A stretch of DNA of 63,574 nucleotides, counting the filler, from Folioceros fuciformis (taxonomy: Eukaryota), in NCBI GenBank assembly GCA_049999805.1. It is 22 parts of 22 records of this genome, joined end to end, with 100 filler letters (N's around TTAATTAATTAA, not from the genome) between each part and the next. Parts side by side here need not be neighbours in the genome. Positions count along the whole stretch, not along the records: positions 25,024 to 29,239 come from JBNGIO010000154.1; positions 29,340 to 30,873 come from JBNGIO010000155.1; positions 30,974 to 32,975 come from JBNGIO010000156.1; positions 33,076 to 37,109 come from JBNGIO010000157.1; positions 37,210 to 42,082 come from JBNGIO010000158.1; 17 more parts are not named here. The stretch is one strand, 5' to 3'. Under the pieces are notes generated by a model. It made no database searches and was not told where the DNA came from. It was given only the letters and a program-made list of their open reading frames with translations. This document shows, piece by piece, positions 25,024 to 37,409 of the stretch (positions within the stretch are counted from its first letter, which is position 1; each line of letters starts with the position of its first letter). The translations under genes were made by a program, and so were the position numbers.

Positions 25024-25333
25024 CCTTAGATGGCCTAAACAGCTGGATGGCCAACATGGGGGCTCGCGGTCCTTCTTCAACTTTCATACAATGGATGTTT
25101 ATCATTGTTTGGTTTACCTGCAAAAAGCGAGTCAACTTTAGTTGATAGCTCTTAGATGGAGAGTATATTTATGGCGTTCGAAATCCTCTATTAGCCTCCT
25201 TTAGTCTCCAACACGCATCCCTCCCAAGATCAGAACTCATGTTTGGTGCCTTTCTCAAGCATGTTTACCAAATGTAGATCAGTGGGATGGTTTGCAGGTA
25301 GCTGCGGGGGAGGATGTATGTTATCTATGTACT
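25024..25333 (+). mobile_element. Degenerate 3' part of L1 ORF2, same family as 18023-19867 and 49330-50030
   Basis: RWPKQLDGQHGGSRSFFNF..MDVYHCLV.LQK matches RWPKWPNGQLGSFRSFLNFQMADVYLCLVRLQK in ORF 49341-49622. Confidence 0.65.
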
Positions 25334-28300
25334 TGTGGAACCCCGCATAAAAAAGTCATTTAGCTAAGACTAACCCCAACGAAGAACATGCCGCCACCCA
25401 CGATCCTACCAGACACCATGCAACCATGGTCGGCACTTACTCTAGTCCTGCAAGGAAACAAGAGGGAAAGATCATAGGGACGCCACACAAACAGCACAAT
25501 TAAAAAATAAAGGGGCCTAGCCCTTAGCTCTGGCCACTACTTCTCAAAGCTTTACCAAGCGTTGCACAATACACACAGCCGACACACATTGCTTCATCCA
25601 AGAAAGGATAGCTCGAGAGAGAGCATTAACTGATGAGCAGGTTCTAGAGGCTCACAACCTCTTATGGAAGGCTTCTAGCTCTAGTCCCCCTTCCTCTTTC
25701 TACATGTTGACTACTAGGACACGACAACTAAAGCAGTAGTTTATCCCAAACTATTATTCTAGGCTAGTCTACCCTACCATCAACTTGACGAGCCGCCAGT
25801 CCCCTTGCTAACCCTACCAACAGCCCTTGCAGATCCTTGGCTATTGATTGCTGTTCCAGATTTGGTGGGTGCCGTCTTCTTATTATTGAGTGGCTGCCTG
25901 CAAAGTCTTACCCTACCACTGTTCCTATGGTGGCTGAGGTTGCCTCCGGTCTAGTCACCATCACCCTTGCAGCATCGCCCCTGACGGTTCCCACGATGGC
26001 TGACGCACAGCCCTCATGGGAGGAGCTCATGTCGGTTCGTTAGTTTAGTTCTAAAATGGTGTTCTACGGGGCCCATGGATAGTATATTAGACTTACATGG
26101 GATGTGTTAGTAGCAAAAAGAACACATCAAAAGTTGTTTGTGGGGAGGTTGCAAGAGTTGAACTCCTGCTAGAGTAGGTTAGGATAACAAACATGCAAAC
26201 AACACATCCAAATGGCCAAGAGACGGGTAGCCAATATGTCAGAGATGACCCCAAGGGACGATGGGCCGTCAAACTGGAGTTGAATTGGCTACCTCTCGGG
26301 TGGGATCTAGACTGGAAACAAACACAGCAGAAATTGGGGCAAGCGAAGGGAGATGGGAAAGAGATCAAGAGGAGAAGGGGTAACGGGCTAGAGAGCAGGC
26401 TAGCCCTGCAGCAACGCTCCCACTGCTTACAGCACGGGCTCAATCTCAGTTGTGCGCCCCGATTCTAACAGCTCAAAGTGGTTTCCAGTAGTTGGCGCTT
26501 GCTCTAGATCGATCGCTAGCCGCTCGACGGCTCAATCCCAGCAGCTCCTGCTCCAAGGCCCTCCCTCATGGCTCAAGTCGGCCCAAAAATTATGGCATCC
26601 TTTGCTTGCTGATCTCGGCCTTCCCAACAGCGGTTGAGCTCCCCATTGCTTGTAGGTGTTGTGCCCTAGCCATTGCTTGTTTACTCAATATGGCACCTTG
26701 TGCTAGACCTTGTCAACCAAACATGCAACATTCCAGCCTTGGGCAGAGATCGCCAAACTAGCAGGGGGAATCCGCAAACCTAGAGAGGGTGCCTGTGGAG
26801 TTGCTTTACCCATTACCACCTCCACGGTCTCCCATAGGACCCGGAGTACCTCACTGTGGAAGAAGGTGTAGTTGTCTTCCGACTGTTAGATGTCATTGCC
26901 CACCATCCTTCAGAGTGTTTGATACTTCGAGCACCACTGGACCTTACGTAGGTTGGCGTGTTGGGCTATTTCCACCTTGACATATCTCCAAAGTTCCTCC
27001 AGGGCTACCGACATGGCCGTTATTTCTTCCTGGAAGTGTAGATTGGCAGTTGCCTCCACCTAAGCCCGGAGGAGGCTTATCTTGGCATTGACGTTCCGAG
27101 ACTCGTACTTTGTTAGCCTAGCCCGGAGTTCTCCACCTTCAATATGAAGGTTCTCCATTCGATCCATTAGCCTCTTTTGCCCTCCATCCCACGGTTGCCC
27201 CTGATTCTACATGTTCTCACACATGAGCGCGAGCTCCGTCCGTGGAATCCAAACCTCATGTTGGGCCGTCTTCTCCTCAGCTTGTACACTTTGAAGCTTA
27301 TCTTGTAAATCTTCCACTGGGCGGACCACTTCGGCTACTTTCCGTGTAAGCTCCTTCTTCACGTCTAGGGCCCGCTTTCGCTCCCTCTGATAACGGTCCC
27401 GGTCCACGGTGTGCTATCCCCAGGCCTCCTGCAGGTCTGTCTCCTGTTTCAACCAGACCCTCCTCTCTTTTACATGTGTAGCTTTCATCACAAGGTTATG
27501 GTGTTCTTGCAATTGGGTGCACTCCAACTATGCTGCCTCAAGCTGCCTACCTAGGATTCCTACTTGCTCCTTGCTCTTGCTCTTTAGCTCCTCGAGCTCT
27601 CTCATGCAGCAATTGCACTCCTCTCGGAGTTTACTGAACTCCTCTTGGAGTTTGGTGGTGAGTTTGACCACCCATTCTTTGAGAAAAATTAACTGAACAG
27701 CCAGTTTAGTCATCCGTCTCCAAAGGGCTACGTTCTCACTCTCCCTTGCAGCTACCTGTCCGAAGGACCAGGCTAGTCCTGCGGCTACAGCTGTTACAAT
27801 CCCTTGTACAGCCTGCGTCGCTCCTTCTATGGTGGCCTCGAGGTAAAACTGGTAATTAGGAGGCAACCGAGCCCTCCCGAAGGACGTCCAAATGGCCCAC
27901 CGCATGGCCTTCGGATCAGTAATTTCTGCCTCGATCAGATTCTCCAAGATGACAGACATGGAGAGGTCTCTTCTCTTGTCATGGTCCTCTTCAGCTACCT
28001 AGGTGCCAGAGAAGGAATGACTCTCACCGGTGGTGGGCTAGGAGAGCAAAGTCCTCTCCCCTTTTTCCTACTATGGGGCAAGGGTGGCTACTTCACTCTA
28101 GATGGCTCTATGCTGTGGCTCTCATTGTAGTCCAAATGGGCTACCAACCAGACCAGCTCCATTTAGTCCACTTCCTCTTTGGTCCTAGAGTTACTTAGGC
28201 AACCCAAAGTTGAAGCCAAGAAATCCATAGGCCATGGACTGGTAGGGGGTGGGGCACTTTGCAACAAGATCCTCTGGGTTGCCGTGGTAGCTAGTTGTAT

Positions 28301-29239
28301 GCTCTGTTTCTTGGGTGGAGGAACCGCCTGGGTCAAGGGAGCGGTCGCCTTCTGCTTCAGAGGAGGACTGGTGAGCAAGTCGAGGATTGAGAAAGGTGCC
28401 ATCGGAGGGGACTCTGGCTTAGCTCCTTGGCTAGCTTCTAAATTGTCTTACACATGAAGGGGCATCGGGCGATCAACAACACCTTGGGCTGGTTTGCGGA
28501 GGCAGTAGCCTTTTTCCTAGGAGTCGTCACTGGAGTAGTGGTGGGAGGTGGTGCCAGAATAGGAGGTAACCTAGAGATGGCCGCTCTTTCCAAGTCCGTT
28601 AAGACTTGGTGATGTCCCTAGATATGGAATAGGAATGGGGATAAGCCTGAGGCAGGAGGTTTCTCTTGCCTAAGCTTCCTAACATCCGACTAGATTCAAT
28701 GTGCCACCACTTTTCCCCAATCCACCGGTGTCCCCTAGGCTAACCCATAAAGAAGAAGCACAACTCCATCCACTACATGATCTGTCTTGGTGACAAGTAG
28801 CTAATTCATGACGAGTCGCGCTACTCCTTAGATCCATAGGTCCTTGATATTGTGGATCAACCACCTGTTGGTGGTCTTGAAGGACCCCTTTCTTAGGAGC
28901 GTTGTAGCAACCTCCTTTACCAGAGCTTTGTTCCGTTGGGAATTCATTCCCCCTCGCTCTGTTGCTAGTCGCTAATAAACCTCCCTTATCATTTGGGTTG
29001 TCCAAAGAAGAGGGTTGTCCTGGATATTGGAAGACTTTGGTTTTCCCCTAGCACAACGTTACAGTGTCCTGGCACATTCTCGGATTGCTGTTGTGGACTA
29101 GATACCCCGAGGGAATTGGAAGATCCCCAACGCCCACTGCTTCTCCTTATGCATATATATGAGAAAATACCACATCCGCGGTGGTGCCTCATCGGTGTTG
29201 GTAGAGTCGCCATAGCCATAGGAGAAGGGGCTTTGTCCA
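25334..29239 (-). mobile_element. Gypsy family A LTR (ends ...GGGGTTCCACA at 25334) plus adjacent decayed retroelement-like sequence with coiled-coil ORF fragments (about 27000-28400)
   Basis: 25350-25530 is the reverse complement of about 330-500; ORF pieces 27207-27407 and 27528-27959 are E/K/L-rich coiled coils; element boundaries are uncertain. Confidence 0.55.
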
Positions 29240-29339
29240 NNNNNNNNNNNNNNNNNNNNNNNNNNNNNNNNNNNNNNNNNNNNTTAATTAATTAANNNNN
29301 NNNNNNNNNNNNNNNNNNNNNNNNNNNNNNNNNNNNNNN

Positions 29340-30873
29340 CGACAACTCCTGTTTGGGGCCCAATGGCTTTTTCATCCTTCTCCGACGTCTCAACTCCACG
29401 TATTCGTCACCAAATTCTGGTTCATGATGTCCCGGTCAGCTTATCAATGGAGGAATTCAAGGAAGAAGTTCTTGAAGACAATTACATCACCTTCGAGGAT
29501 GAGCCTCGGTGGCTCCTCCGGGATCTTTCTACCAAGCGGCATTCTTCAGTTTTGGTATCCCTTCCCAACGTTGATTCTGCATCTGCAATTCTTCGGCTCG
29601 GCCTTGCTTTGCAGGGGTGCATGCTGCGGGTGACACCTTTTGTACCCAATGCCCTCCCTACTCAATGCTTCCGGTGTCAACGTTTTGGACACACTCAGAC
29701 ATTCTGCAGGAGCGCGGAGCGATGCTTGAACTGTGGTGGGCCTCATCCAGCTTCGGACTGTAAGGTGGCAACCTCTCTATGCTGCAACTGCCATGGATCT
29801 CATCGGGCCACTAACCCTTCATGCCCTACTCGCCTCGAAGCTAACTCCAAGTTTTTCTCTCGACCAGGCCCTTCATGAGTCCCCTCAAGATCTTTCAACT
29901 TAACTGTCACTGATCCTGTGTGATCATCTCTACTCTTCTGAATCTGCTTCTGACGTCTTTTGACATTCTTTTCCTTCAGGAGCCTTATATCATTAACCCT
30001 TCCACTGCACTCTCCCACCCGCAATGGACTCCTATCCTCCCCTCTCCTAGTCTCCCCTCCCGCCCTCGGGTCCTCACCTATGTTAACAAAAGCCTTTGCT
30101 CTAGTAATATTTCTCCCCGCTGGAATCTTTTTAACCATCCTAATATCCAATGTGTCCAGGTCTCTTGTCCAGGCCAAGTCATTAACTTTGTTAACCTTTA
30201 CAATCCGCCTGGGTCCGATAGCACCATCCGCATTCTCACTCCACATGCCCACTTCCTCTCTCAACACTGTTTTACTCTCGGAGATTTCAATCTTCATTAC
30301 CCCTTGTGGGAATCTACTGCATCTAATGAAGTGATTTCCTCAGTGGCCGATGAGTTTGCCCTCTTCATTAACACTACTCCCCTCTTTCTTCTCACCCCCT
30401 CGGATTGCCCCACCTTCGTGTCTTCTACAAATAACACTTTTACTTTGGATCTCACGCTTTCTGCTGCGGATGTTCGCAACTTGGTTGATTTCTGTGATAT
30501 TCTCCTCGATCTAGATGCGGGGTCTGACCACCAAGCTATTGGTTTGTTCCTTACTATTCCTTCCTGTTCAGATTCCCCTCCTCCGCCTCCTCTTCCTTCC
30601 CGCCTTAATATCAAAGTTACTGACTAGGACAAATTTTCTTCCACTTTAGCTTCTGAGGTTTCGACTAACTTGGTGGGTCTTGGGCTTCCTCAAACTATTG
30701 CTCAAATTGATCATCTTGTGGCTCAAGTCACAATATCTTTACAGAAGGCTATCTCCGCATCTACCCCCGCAGTACGCCCTCACCTCCTTGCTAAACCTTG
30801 GTGGTCTCCTACCCTCTCCTCTCTTTGCAAGGGGCTTGCTCGGGCTCGTCGGGTCATGCGCATTACTAAGACT
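29340..30873 (+). mobile_element. Non-LTR retrotransposon of the Tad1/I-group type: ORF1 3' half with three CCHC knuckles (ends 29878) and ORF2 AP-endonuclease starting at overlapping ATG 29875
   Basis: TQCFRCQRFGH...C, CLNCGGPH...C, CCNCHGSHRA....CP; ORF2 LKIFQLNC, DILFLQEP, PRVLTYV, NLYNPP, LGDFNLHYPLW, PTF..TLDLT, GSDHQAI, KPWWS; stops at 29911 and 30625. Confidence 0.85.
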
Positions 30874-31119
30874 NNNNNNNNNNNNNNNNNNNNNNNNNNN
30901 NNNNNNNNNNNNNNNNNTTAATTAATTAANNNNNNNNNNNNNNNNNNNNNNNNNNNNNNNNNNNNNNNNNNNNAGGGTGGTGCTGGGTGACCTCCGCCCA
31001 TCTATGGTTTTATCCAGGATCCCAATACCATCGCTCTCCTCTTCCGACCTACCATACACCTGTCGGATGCTCCGGACAGTCCAACACCGAGGGTCAGTCC
31101 TCGCATTTCATTCAAGTAG

Positions 31120-32022
31120 GGCTTCCAACTCCTCCTTCGATTGCTGTAGGTTGGTATAGCACTCCTTCACCAAGCCTTCATGAACATACGACCAGTGTCT
31201 GCCATATATCCAGTCAAGCTGGATGTTTGCGTCACATGCCCAAGTCCGTAGGTCTATCAAATCCTTTGAGTTCAGTTGGCCCCCAAAGCAAGAAAAGGAC
31301 AGAACATTGGTTTGGGGAGAGCTGGCTGCCCTCGTGGGTCGTCCCCTACTACCGGAACCCACCCGAGTATTGTTGGAGGTCCGCGCCATAGTTGATAGTT
31401 GAAAACCCCAAGAATGTCGGTTGCCCTCCTTTACGCAAGGTTATACCCCTACCTCCGTAGGCAACTGCTCCCAGCTTCTGTACAGCTGATTTCACGTCCG
31501 TTGCACGTTGCTCCCTATGGCTCTCACCACAGCAAAGCCCTTTCTCTCTCTTTGAGTCCGCTTGGCCACAACAAGTAGGTCCCCGGCGTAGGTGTCTTGT
31601 CACACAACTACTTCCTTATTCCCCATTATGTAGGTAGATGTAGTTCCCTACGTGGAGGTGAGCACCCTTCGTTGATGGGACACCCTAGGTAGGGACCCCT
31701 TCAAATACCCTCTTGTCGTAGGTATACTTCTATATGTAGTAACTGCCCTTAATAGATACCCTACATAGATGTCCCCTTTTCTGTAGGTAGCTTGCCCTTC
31801 ACAACTAAATTTCTTATTTGGGTACTACCTCCCACAGAGATATCCTCCCTACGTGGGCGTACCTCCCTATAGATAGCCATCCTAAAGAAGGTAACTTCTT
31901 TATAATACTACCCCTTATTATCGCCACTCATCTAACCTACCAAACCAAGACCAAACAAAACTGAAAATTTATTAGCCGCTCCCTACCTACTACGGGTATT
32001 TGCCAAAAACCCGCATTCCACA
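31120..32022 (-). repeat. Dispersed retroelement-derived repeat, copy 1 (copy 2 at about 33280-34275)
   Basis: Clear pairwise similarity ending at ...AAAAACCCGCATT(C/T)CACA in both; minus strand encodes HEGLVKECYTNL.QSKEELE. Confidence 0.85.
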
Positions 32023-33075
32023 AGTAACAACGTTTCCTTAACGGCAGGACGTTGCAAGACAAGTATGGAGCTTGACTATCGTATCGTCTCTACCTTCGGG
32101 AGCTTCTGCCCTATAAGAAGGTAGAAACGGGCATCCATTTGGAAGAAGGAAGTTCTCTCTCCTCACTTGGCACGCCCATGGTCGGCTGCTTTTCGAGTGT
32201 ACAGGGCCTGATAAGGATGTCGTGGCTGGTTTACATGTGCGCAAAGGTCAGGAGCTCTCGATGGTGATACTGGTGTGCATGTGTTGGTCCCATGCCTCTC
32301 CACCCTCTGCACAAGAGTACTGTGGAAGGTCATGCTTCTCCACAGTACCAGGTGGTGCAATCGAGATAGATTGGTAATGTAGGTGGAGCATGTATACATC
32401 TAAGCCGTTGAGGAGGATAGATGTCCAGATCAAACGAGGAGCAAGAAATTTAGCCACAGCATTCAGAGGGTATGTCTAGTAGCTTGTCATAAAGGCTTGG
32501 CAATGTTTAGCGGGTTTGCAACCAGACATGTGGTCTCATATGAGGGTGTCGGACTAGCTACCAAACTTTGTAGATAGGGCAACATATCTTGTCACCTCAC
32601 CTCCACTTAAAGGAATCTATGCATATTAGCTTAGTCGCTAGTCAAGGTGTATGTATAACTATATACTCAAGTAGTAGAAGCTTGGCTTTCCGCACTTGCA
32701 GGACAAATGATGTTGGTTGCAGCATCACCTTTCACTTGTGATAAAATAAGCTTGATGCTTAAATTGATATGCTAGGCTTCCAACTTTTGATCATCTAGTC
32801 AAGATGATGGTGTTTATAGCATTGCCTTGGACTTTTGGTGGTTAATAGAGAATTCTTAATGCTTAATTTGATCTATCCAAACTTTACATACTTTTGCTTA
32901 ATGAATCAAAATTATAGGGAGTGCACAAGTGTGAACCTCCAAAGTTTGGGGTAGTAGTTTGTTTTGGTTGAAAAANNNNNNNNNNNNNNNNNNNNNNNNN
33001 NNNNNNNNNNNNNNNNNNNTTAATTAATTAANNNNNNNNNNNNNNNNNNNNNNNNNNNNNNNNNNNNNNNNNNNN

Positions 33076-33262
33076 GAAGTAAGGGGGCTTGGTAAGGTCC
33101 GAGCACTGGACGTGTGTGTGTGTAGGTCAGTCGAGCTTTAGATGTTAATTGACTTTAGAAGCTAACCTATGTAGTTTAACACAAATCATTTCCTTGGGAT
33201 CGAATCCCAGAGCTACAACAACATAGAGGGCTTGTGTGGACCTCGCGGAACCCCGGGTACCA
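33076..33262 (+). mobile_element. 3' end of LTR family B
   Basis: CCTTGGGATCGAATCC...ATAGAGGG..TGTGTGGACCTCGCGG matches 44090-44134 and the reverse complement of 61451-61540. Confidence 0.65.
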
Positions 33263-33279
33263 TATTTAAACCCCACAAC

Positions 33280-34275
33280 TTCCAACTCCTCCTTTGATTG
33301 TCGTAGGTTGGTATAACACTCCTTCACCAAGCCTTCATGAATATACGACCAATGTCTGGCATTTATCCAGTCAAGCTAGATGTTTGCTTCACGTGCCCAA
33401 GTCTGTAGGTCTATCAAATCCCTTGAGTTCAATTGGCCCCCAAAGCAAGAAAAGATTGGAACATTGGTTCTGGGAGAGCTGGCTGCCCTCATGGGTCGTC
33501 CCCTACTGCTCGAATCCATTTGCATGTTGTTGGAGATCTGCGCGATCTTTGATGGAACAAAACCCCAGGAACGGCGATTCCTCTCCTTTACGCAAATCTA
33601 TACCCCTACCTCCGTAGGCAATTGCTCCCAGCTTATGAATCTCTGTACAACTTATTTCATGCCCCCTGCACCATTCTTTCCTATGGCTCTCACCACAGCA
33701 AAGTCCTTTCTCTTGCTCTGAGTACGCTTGGCCACAACAAGTAGGTCCAGGACGTAGGTGCCTTGTCACACTACTACTTCCTTGTTCTCCGCTATGTAGG
33801 TAGATGTAGTTCACTATGTGAAGGTGATCATTCTTCGTTGATGGGACATCTTAGGTAGAGATCCCTCTTTAAATACCCTCTTGTCATAGGTATACTTCTA
33901 TATGTAGTAACCGCCCTCCCTTAATAGATACCCTACACAAGTGTCCCTTTTCTGTAGGTAGCTTGCCCTTTGCAACTATATTTCTTATTTAGGGACTACC
34001 TCCTACATAGATATCCTCCCTACGTGGACATACTTCCCTATAGATAGCCATCCCAAAGAATGTAACTTCTTTATAATACTACCCCTTATTTTTGCCACTC
34101 ATCTAACCTACCAAACGAAGACCAAACAACTGAAAACGTTATTAGCCGCTCACTACCTATTGTGGGTTGTTAGCCACTCACTACCTATTGTGGGTTATTA
34201 GCCACTCACTACCTATTGTGGGTTGTTAGCCGCTCACTACCTATTGCGGTACTTGCCAAAAACCCGCATTTCACA
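33280..34275 (-). repeat. Dispersed retroelement-derived repeat, copy 2, containing a 28-bp x4 tandem expansion at 34142-34250
   Basis: Homologous to 31120-32022; TTAGCCRCTCACTACCTATTGTGGGTTR occurs four times here and once in copy 1. Confidence 0.85.
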
Positions 34276-34781
34276 ATTGGGTATTTCTTCCAAGAATAAT
34301 GTTAAAGCCCAGCACATTCAAAGGCTACAAGTTCAAACAAGCTAAACTACAAGTACGTTTAAAAGTTGACCATGAAAATCTCACGAAGTCAGAAGATTTC
34401 CATTCATTTTTCCTTGCCACCCTAATATATAAAGGCTACATATTGGTGATCTAGGTTTAATGTAATACATACCCCTTTGTATCCCATGTAAGAGTCCTTT
34501 AGACAACTGGTTAATTTAATACACACCCCTTTATATCTCATATAAGATTCCTTTAGGCAACTAATTTTGGTCATCCAACATTCTAAATATAGTATGTAAT
34601 TCAACACATTTAAGCACAAAGAACTTCTTTCATAGCAACTTCAAAAAACAATTCTTCTTCTTGGAATAATGATGCTTATATGGTACTAGCATTAGTATTC
34701 AAGTGTTCTTTAAACTTTAACATATTTTTCACACATCCAATAATGACTATAACCATACCATAAACCAAAATATTACTTGAT

Positions 34782-34782
<1 letters not shown>

Positions 34783-34811
<29 letters not shown>
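34783..34811 (+). repeat. (AAT)n microsatellite
   Basis: Run of taataataat... Confidence 0.95.
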
Positions 34812-34814
<3 letters not shown>

Positions 34815-34949
34815 GCATTTCGCACCACCTATACAAAGGTATTCCTAGAATGAACCAAATGCGCTTAGTGTGGTCCATGGAGTTCCTCAAACTAAATATG
34901 CTTTGTTGACCTTCTATGGAAAAACCAAAACAATTGGTGTATCAATCAA

Positions 34950-35230
34950 TTGCAATAGGTAAAAGTGATAATATTCATGTCGTAGCCTACTACACATGTG
35001 AACTCAAATGGCAAAACTTTGGCTCATATTAGGCTCTCGGCCTTGAGTTCATGCAAACCTAGCTTGATTTGAGATGGTATGTTAGTCAGATTCTAGAATA
35101 TTCCTATTTGTTGCAATAGGTAAAAGTGATAATATTCATGTTGTAGCCTACGACACGTGAACCTAAATGGCACAACTTTGGCTCATATTAGGCTCTCGGG
35201 GCTTGAGTTCATGCAAACCCAACTTGATTA
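34950..35230 (+). repeat. Direct duplication of about 120 bp (34950-35069 and 35111-35230)
   Basis: TTGCAATAGGTAAAAGTGATAATATTCATG...GGCTCATATTAGGCTCTCGG...GAGTTCATGCAAACC present twice. Confidence 0.9.
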
Positions 35231-35470
35231 TACAATATTCCTATTTTATTCACGCTCTATGGACGAGATGATATGATGATCTATTATAAGAAGGTATATA
35301 AATGCTAAGACACAAAGGAATATTACAACTAGTGAGCACAGAGAGCTACATGGAATCGTGAGCCATGACCATTTTATTCATACTTTATGGATGAGATGAT
35401 GATCTACTGTCTACAGGTTTGTACATGCCAAGATACAACACATGTAGAGCTATTGCACTTTGATTCCATG

Positions 35471-35795
35471 TGCAATGTAATAGTTGACTAGACATGCATG
35501 CATTAGTCTCTGCAACATAATAGTCGGCTACATATGCATGCATCAGTCTCTAGTCTTTGCAATGTAATAGTTGACTACATATGCATACATTAGCCTCTAC
35601 AATGTATTAGTTGACTACATATGCATGCATTTGTCTCTGCAATATAATAGTTGACTACATATGCATGCATTAGTCTCTGCAACGTAATAGTTGACTACAT
35701 ATGCATACATTAGTCTCTACAATATAATATTTGATTACATATGTATGCATCAGTCTCTACAATGTAATAGTTAACTACATATGCATGCATCAGTC
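35471..35795 (+). repeat. 40-bp minisatellite, 8 copies
   Basis: TRCAATRTAATAGTTGACTACATATGCATRCATYAGTCTC at 35471, 35511, 35558, 35598, 35638, 35678, 35718, 35758. Confidence 0.95.
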
Positions 35796-37409
35796 TAGGG
35801 TTTAGGGTATTTGGGTTTTTATTCTACAATATTAGCTCATGGCATTTGTTGTTGTGGAATAGAATATATACACTCAATATTGTGAAATGGAATATATACA
35901 CTTGCCTTTGTGGATGGAACATGTACTATACACTTGCCTTTGTGGATGGAACATGTACCTTGTTCTTCGGAAAAGACAATCTGCTTATATGATGCCACCA
36001 AAGTGCTCAAGTCTTTTAATCCATGGTTACGAGCTCCTAAGTTAGATGTCGATTATGACTTGAAAATGTTTAGAATCCATAACAACTTACACCATGAGTA
36101 TAATGTAAGTTGGGAGCTACCAAGCAGGAACTAAAGAGGCCAAACCATCACCACAGGAGGTTCTTGAAGCTCACCCCCAATGACAACATTGTTGCCTCAT
36201 TCAAACTAGAGACAAAAAGAGTTCCAATAGCTATTTAAACCCAAGAGAAGGGCTGACTCACTTGAAGATAGACTTAACTAACTTGAGGGCCTGTGTCATT
36301 ACTAACAATTAATGAGCTTCTACTTGTCTTTTAATTTCTTTCGATATGGCCCCACATTATGCTCAAAAATAATTAGATGTTCACAAATATATATATATAT
36401 ATAAATATAAAAAAACAGCAATAGAGAGCAGTTGGTCTAGACACATATGTACATACATACGAAATAGGATAGTGGAAGCGATGCAATTTCTAATACCTGG
36501 GGCTGGTAACAACCTTTCGGGCGTGGGCGTCGCCACAGATTGGAAAAACGAAAAAACAGAGCACAATACTGTTGTACGTACGTATGGAAATATGGTACTG
36601 TACATATGGTTTGGGCACTAACATAAGTAGGCCGATATTTATTGGCGCAGGGCGTGAGGCTGGGGGGCGACTGGGAAGTGGATAGCCTTCGTATGATTCC
36701 TGATGAGAGGAGAGGGCGCTGGGCCCGAGTGCTTTGGCCAGGGGAACCTGGCGGTGGTGGGGCCCGGTGGCGGGCCTGAACTGAATCATTGCGATGGTGT
36801 ATAGAGTGCGGCACCCCATCTCCTTCCTCCTCATCCACGTCCAGCCCCATCCGAGTGGCCGACGCAGACACCGCTGCCCGCAACATCAACAACGAGAGAA
36901 GAGAAGAAGATAGTCGCTGCTTCCTTCATCACCGACTTCATCAGTCTGTCCGCCCGCGTGCTGCAATTCCAGTCGGCGCGTTCCGCCATGCCCTGGCCTG
37001 CCCATGGCCTCCGCGCCTGGTGTCCGAGACTGGACGCGGATCTCCCCCTGCCCTGCTCCTCCTGGGATCAGGCTTCCCAGGCTGTGCATTCGCTCGCGGC
37101 ACCCACCGCNNNNNNNNNNNNNNNNNNNNNNNNNNNNNNNNNNNNNNNNNNNNTTAATTAATTAANNNNNNNNNNNNNNNNNNNNNNNNNNNNNNNNNNN
37201 NNNNNNNNNTGGCAAGGGAGCTCAAGGGGGTATTTATACCCTCTAGAAGAGCTCCCTAGGAAGCTTCACAAGAAGCCCACAGGAAGCTGCACAAGAAGCT
37301 TCCTAGAGATTAGTTTAAGCTAATCTAAACTAATGATACTTAACTAGACACTAATCTTAGACTAAACACATTAATCTACGCACATTGGGCTTTAATAACC
37401 CTACAATAA

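Noticed and set aside
35471-35795. CRISPR array (also considered for 6255-6548 and 5721-5836)
   Set aside because: Units are head-to-tail with no unique spacers, no cas genes, eukaryotic context.
36437-37109. GC-rich ORFs as a gene
   Set aside because: No recognisable motif in any frame; may be a gene end or UTR but is unsupported.
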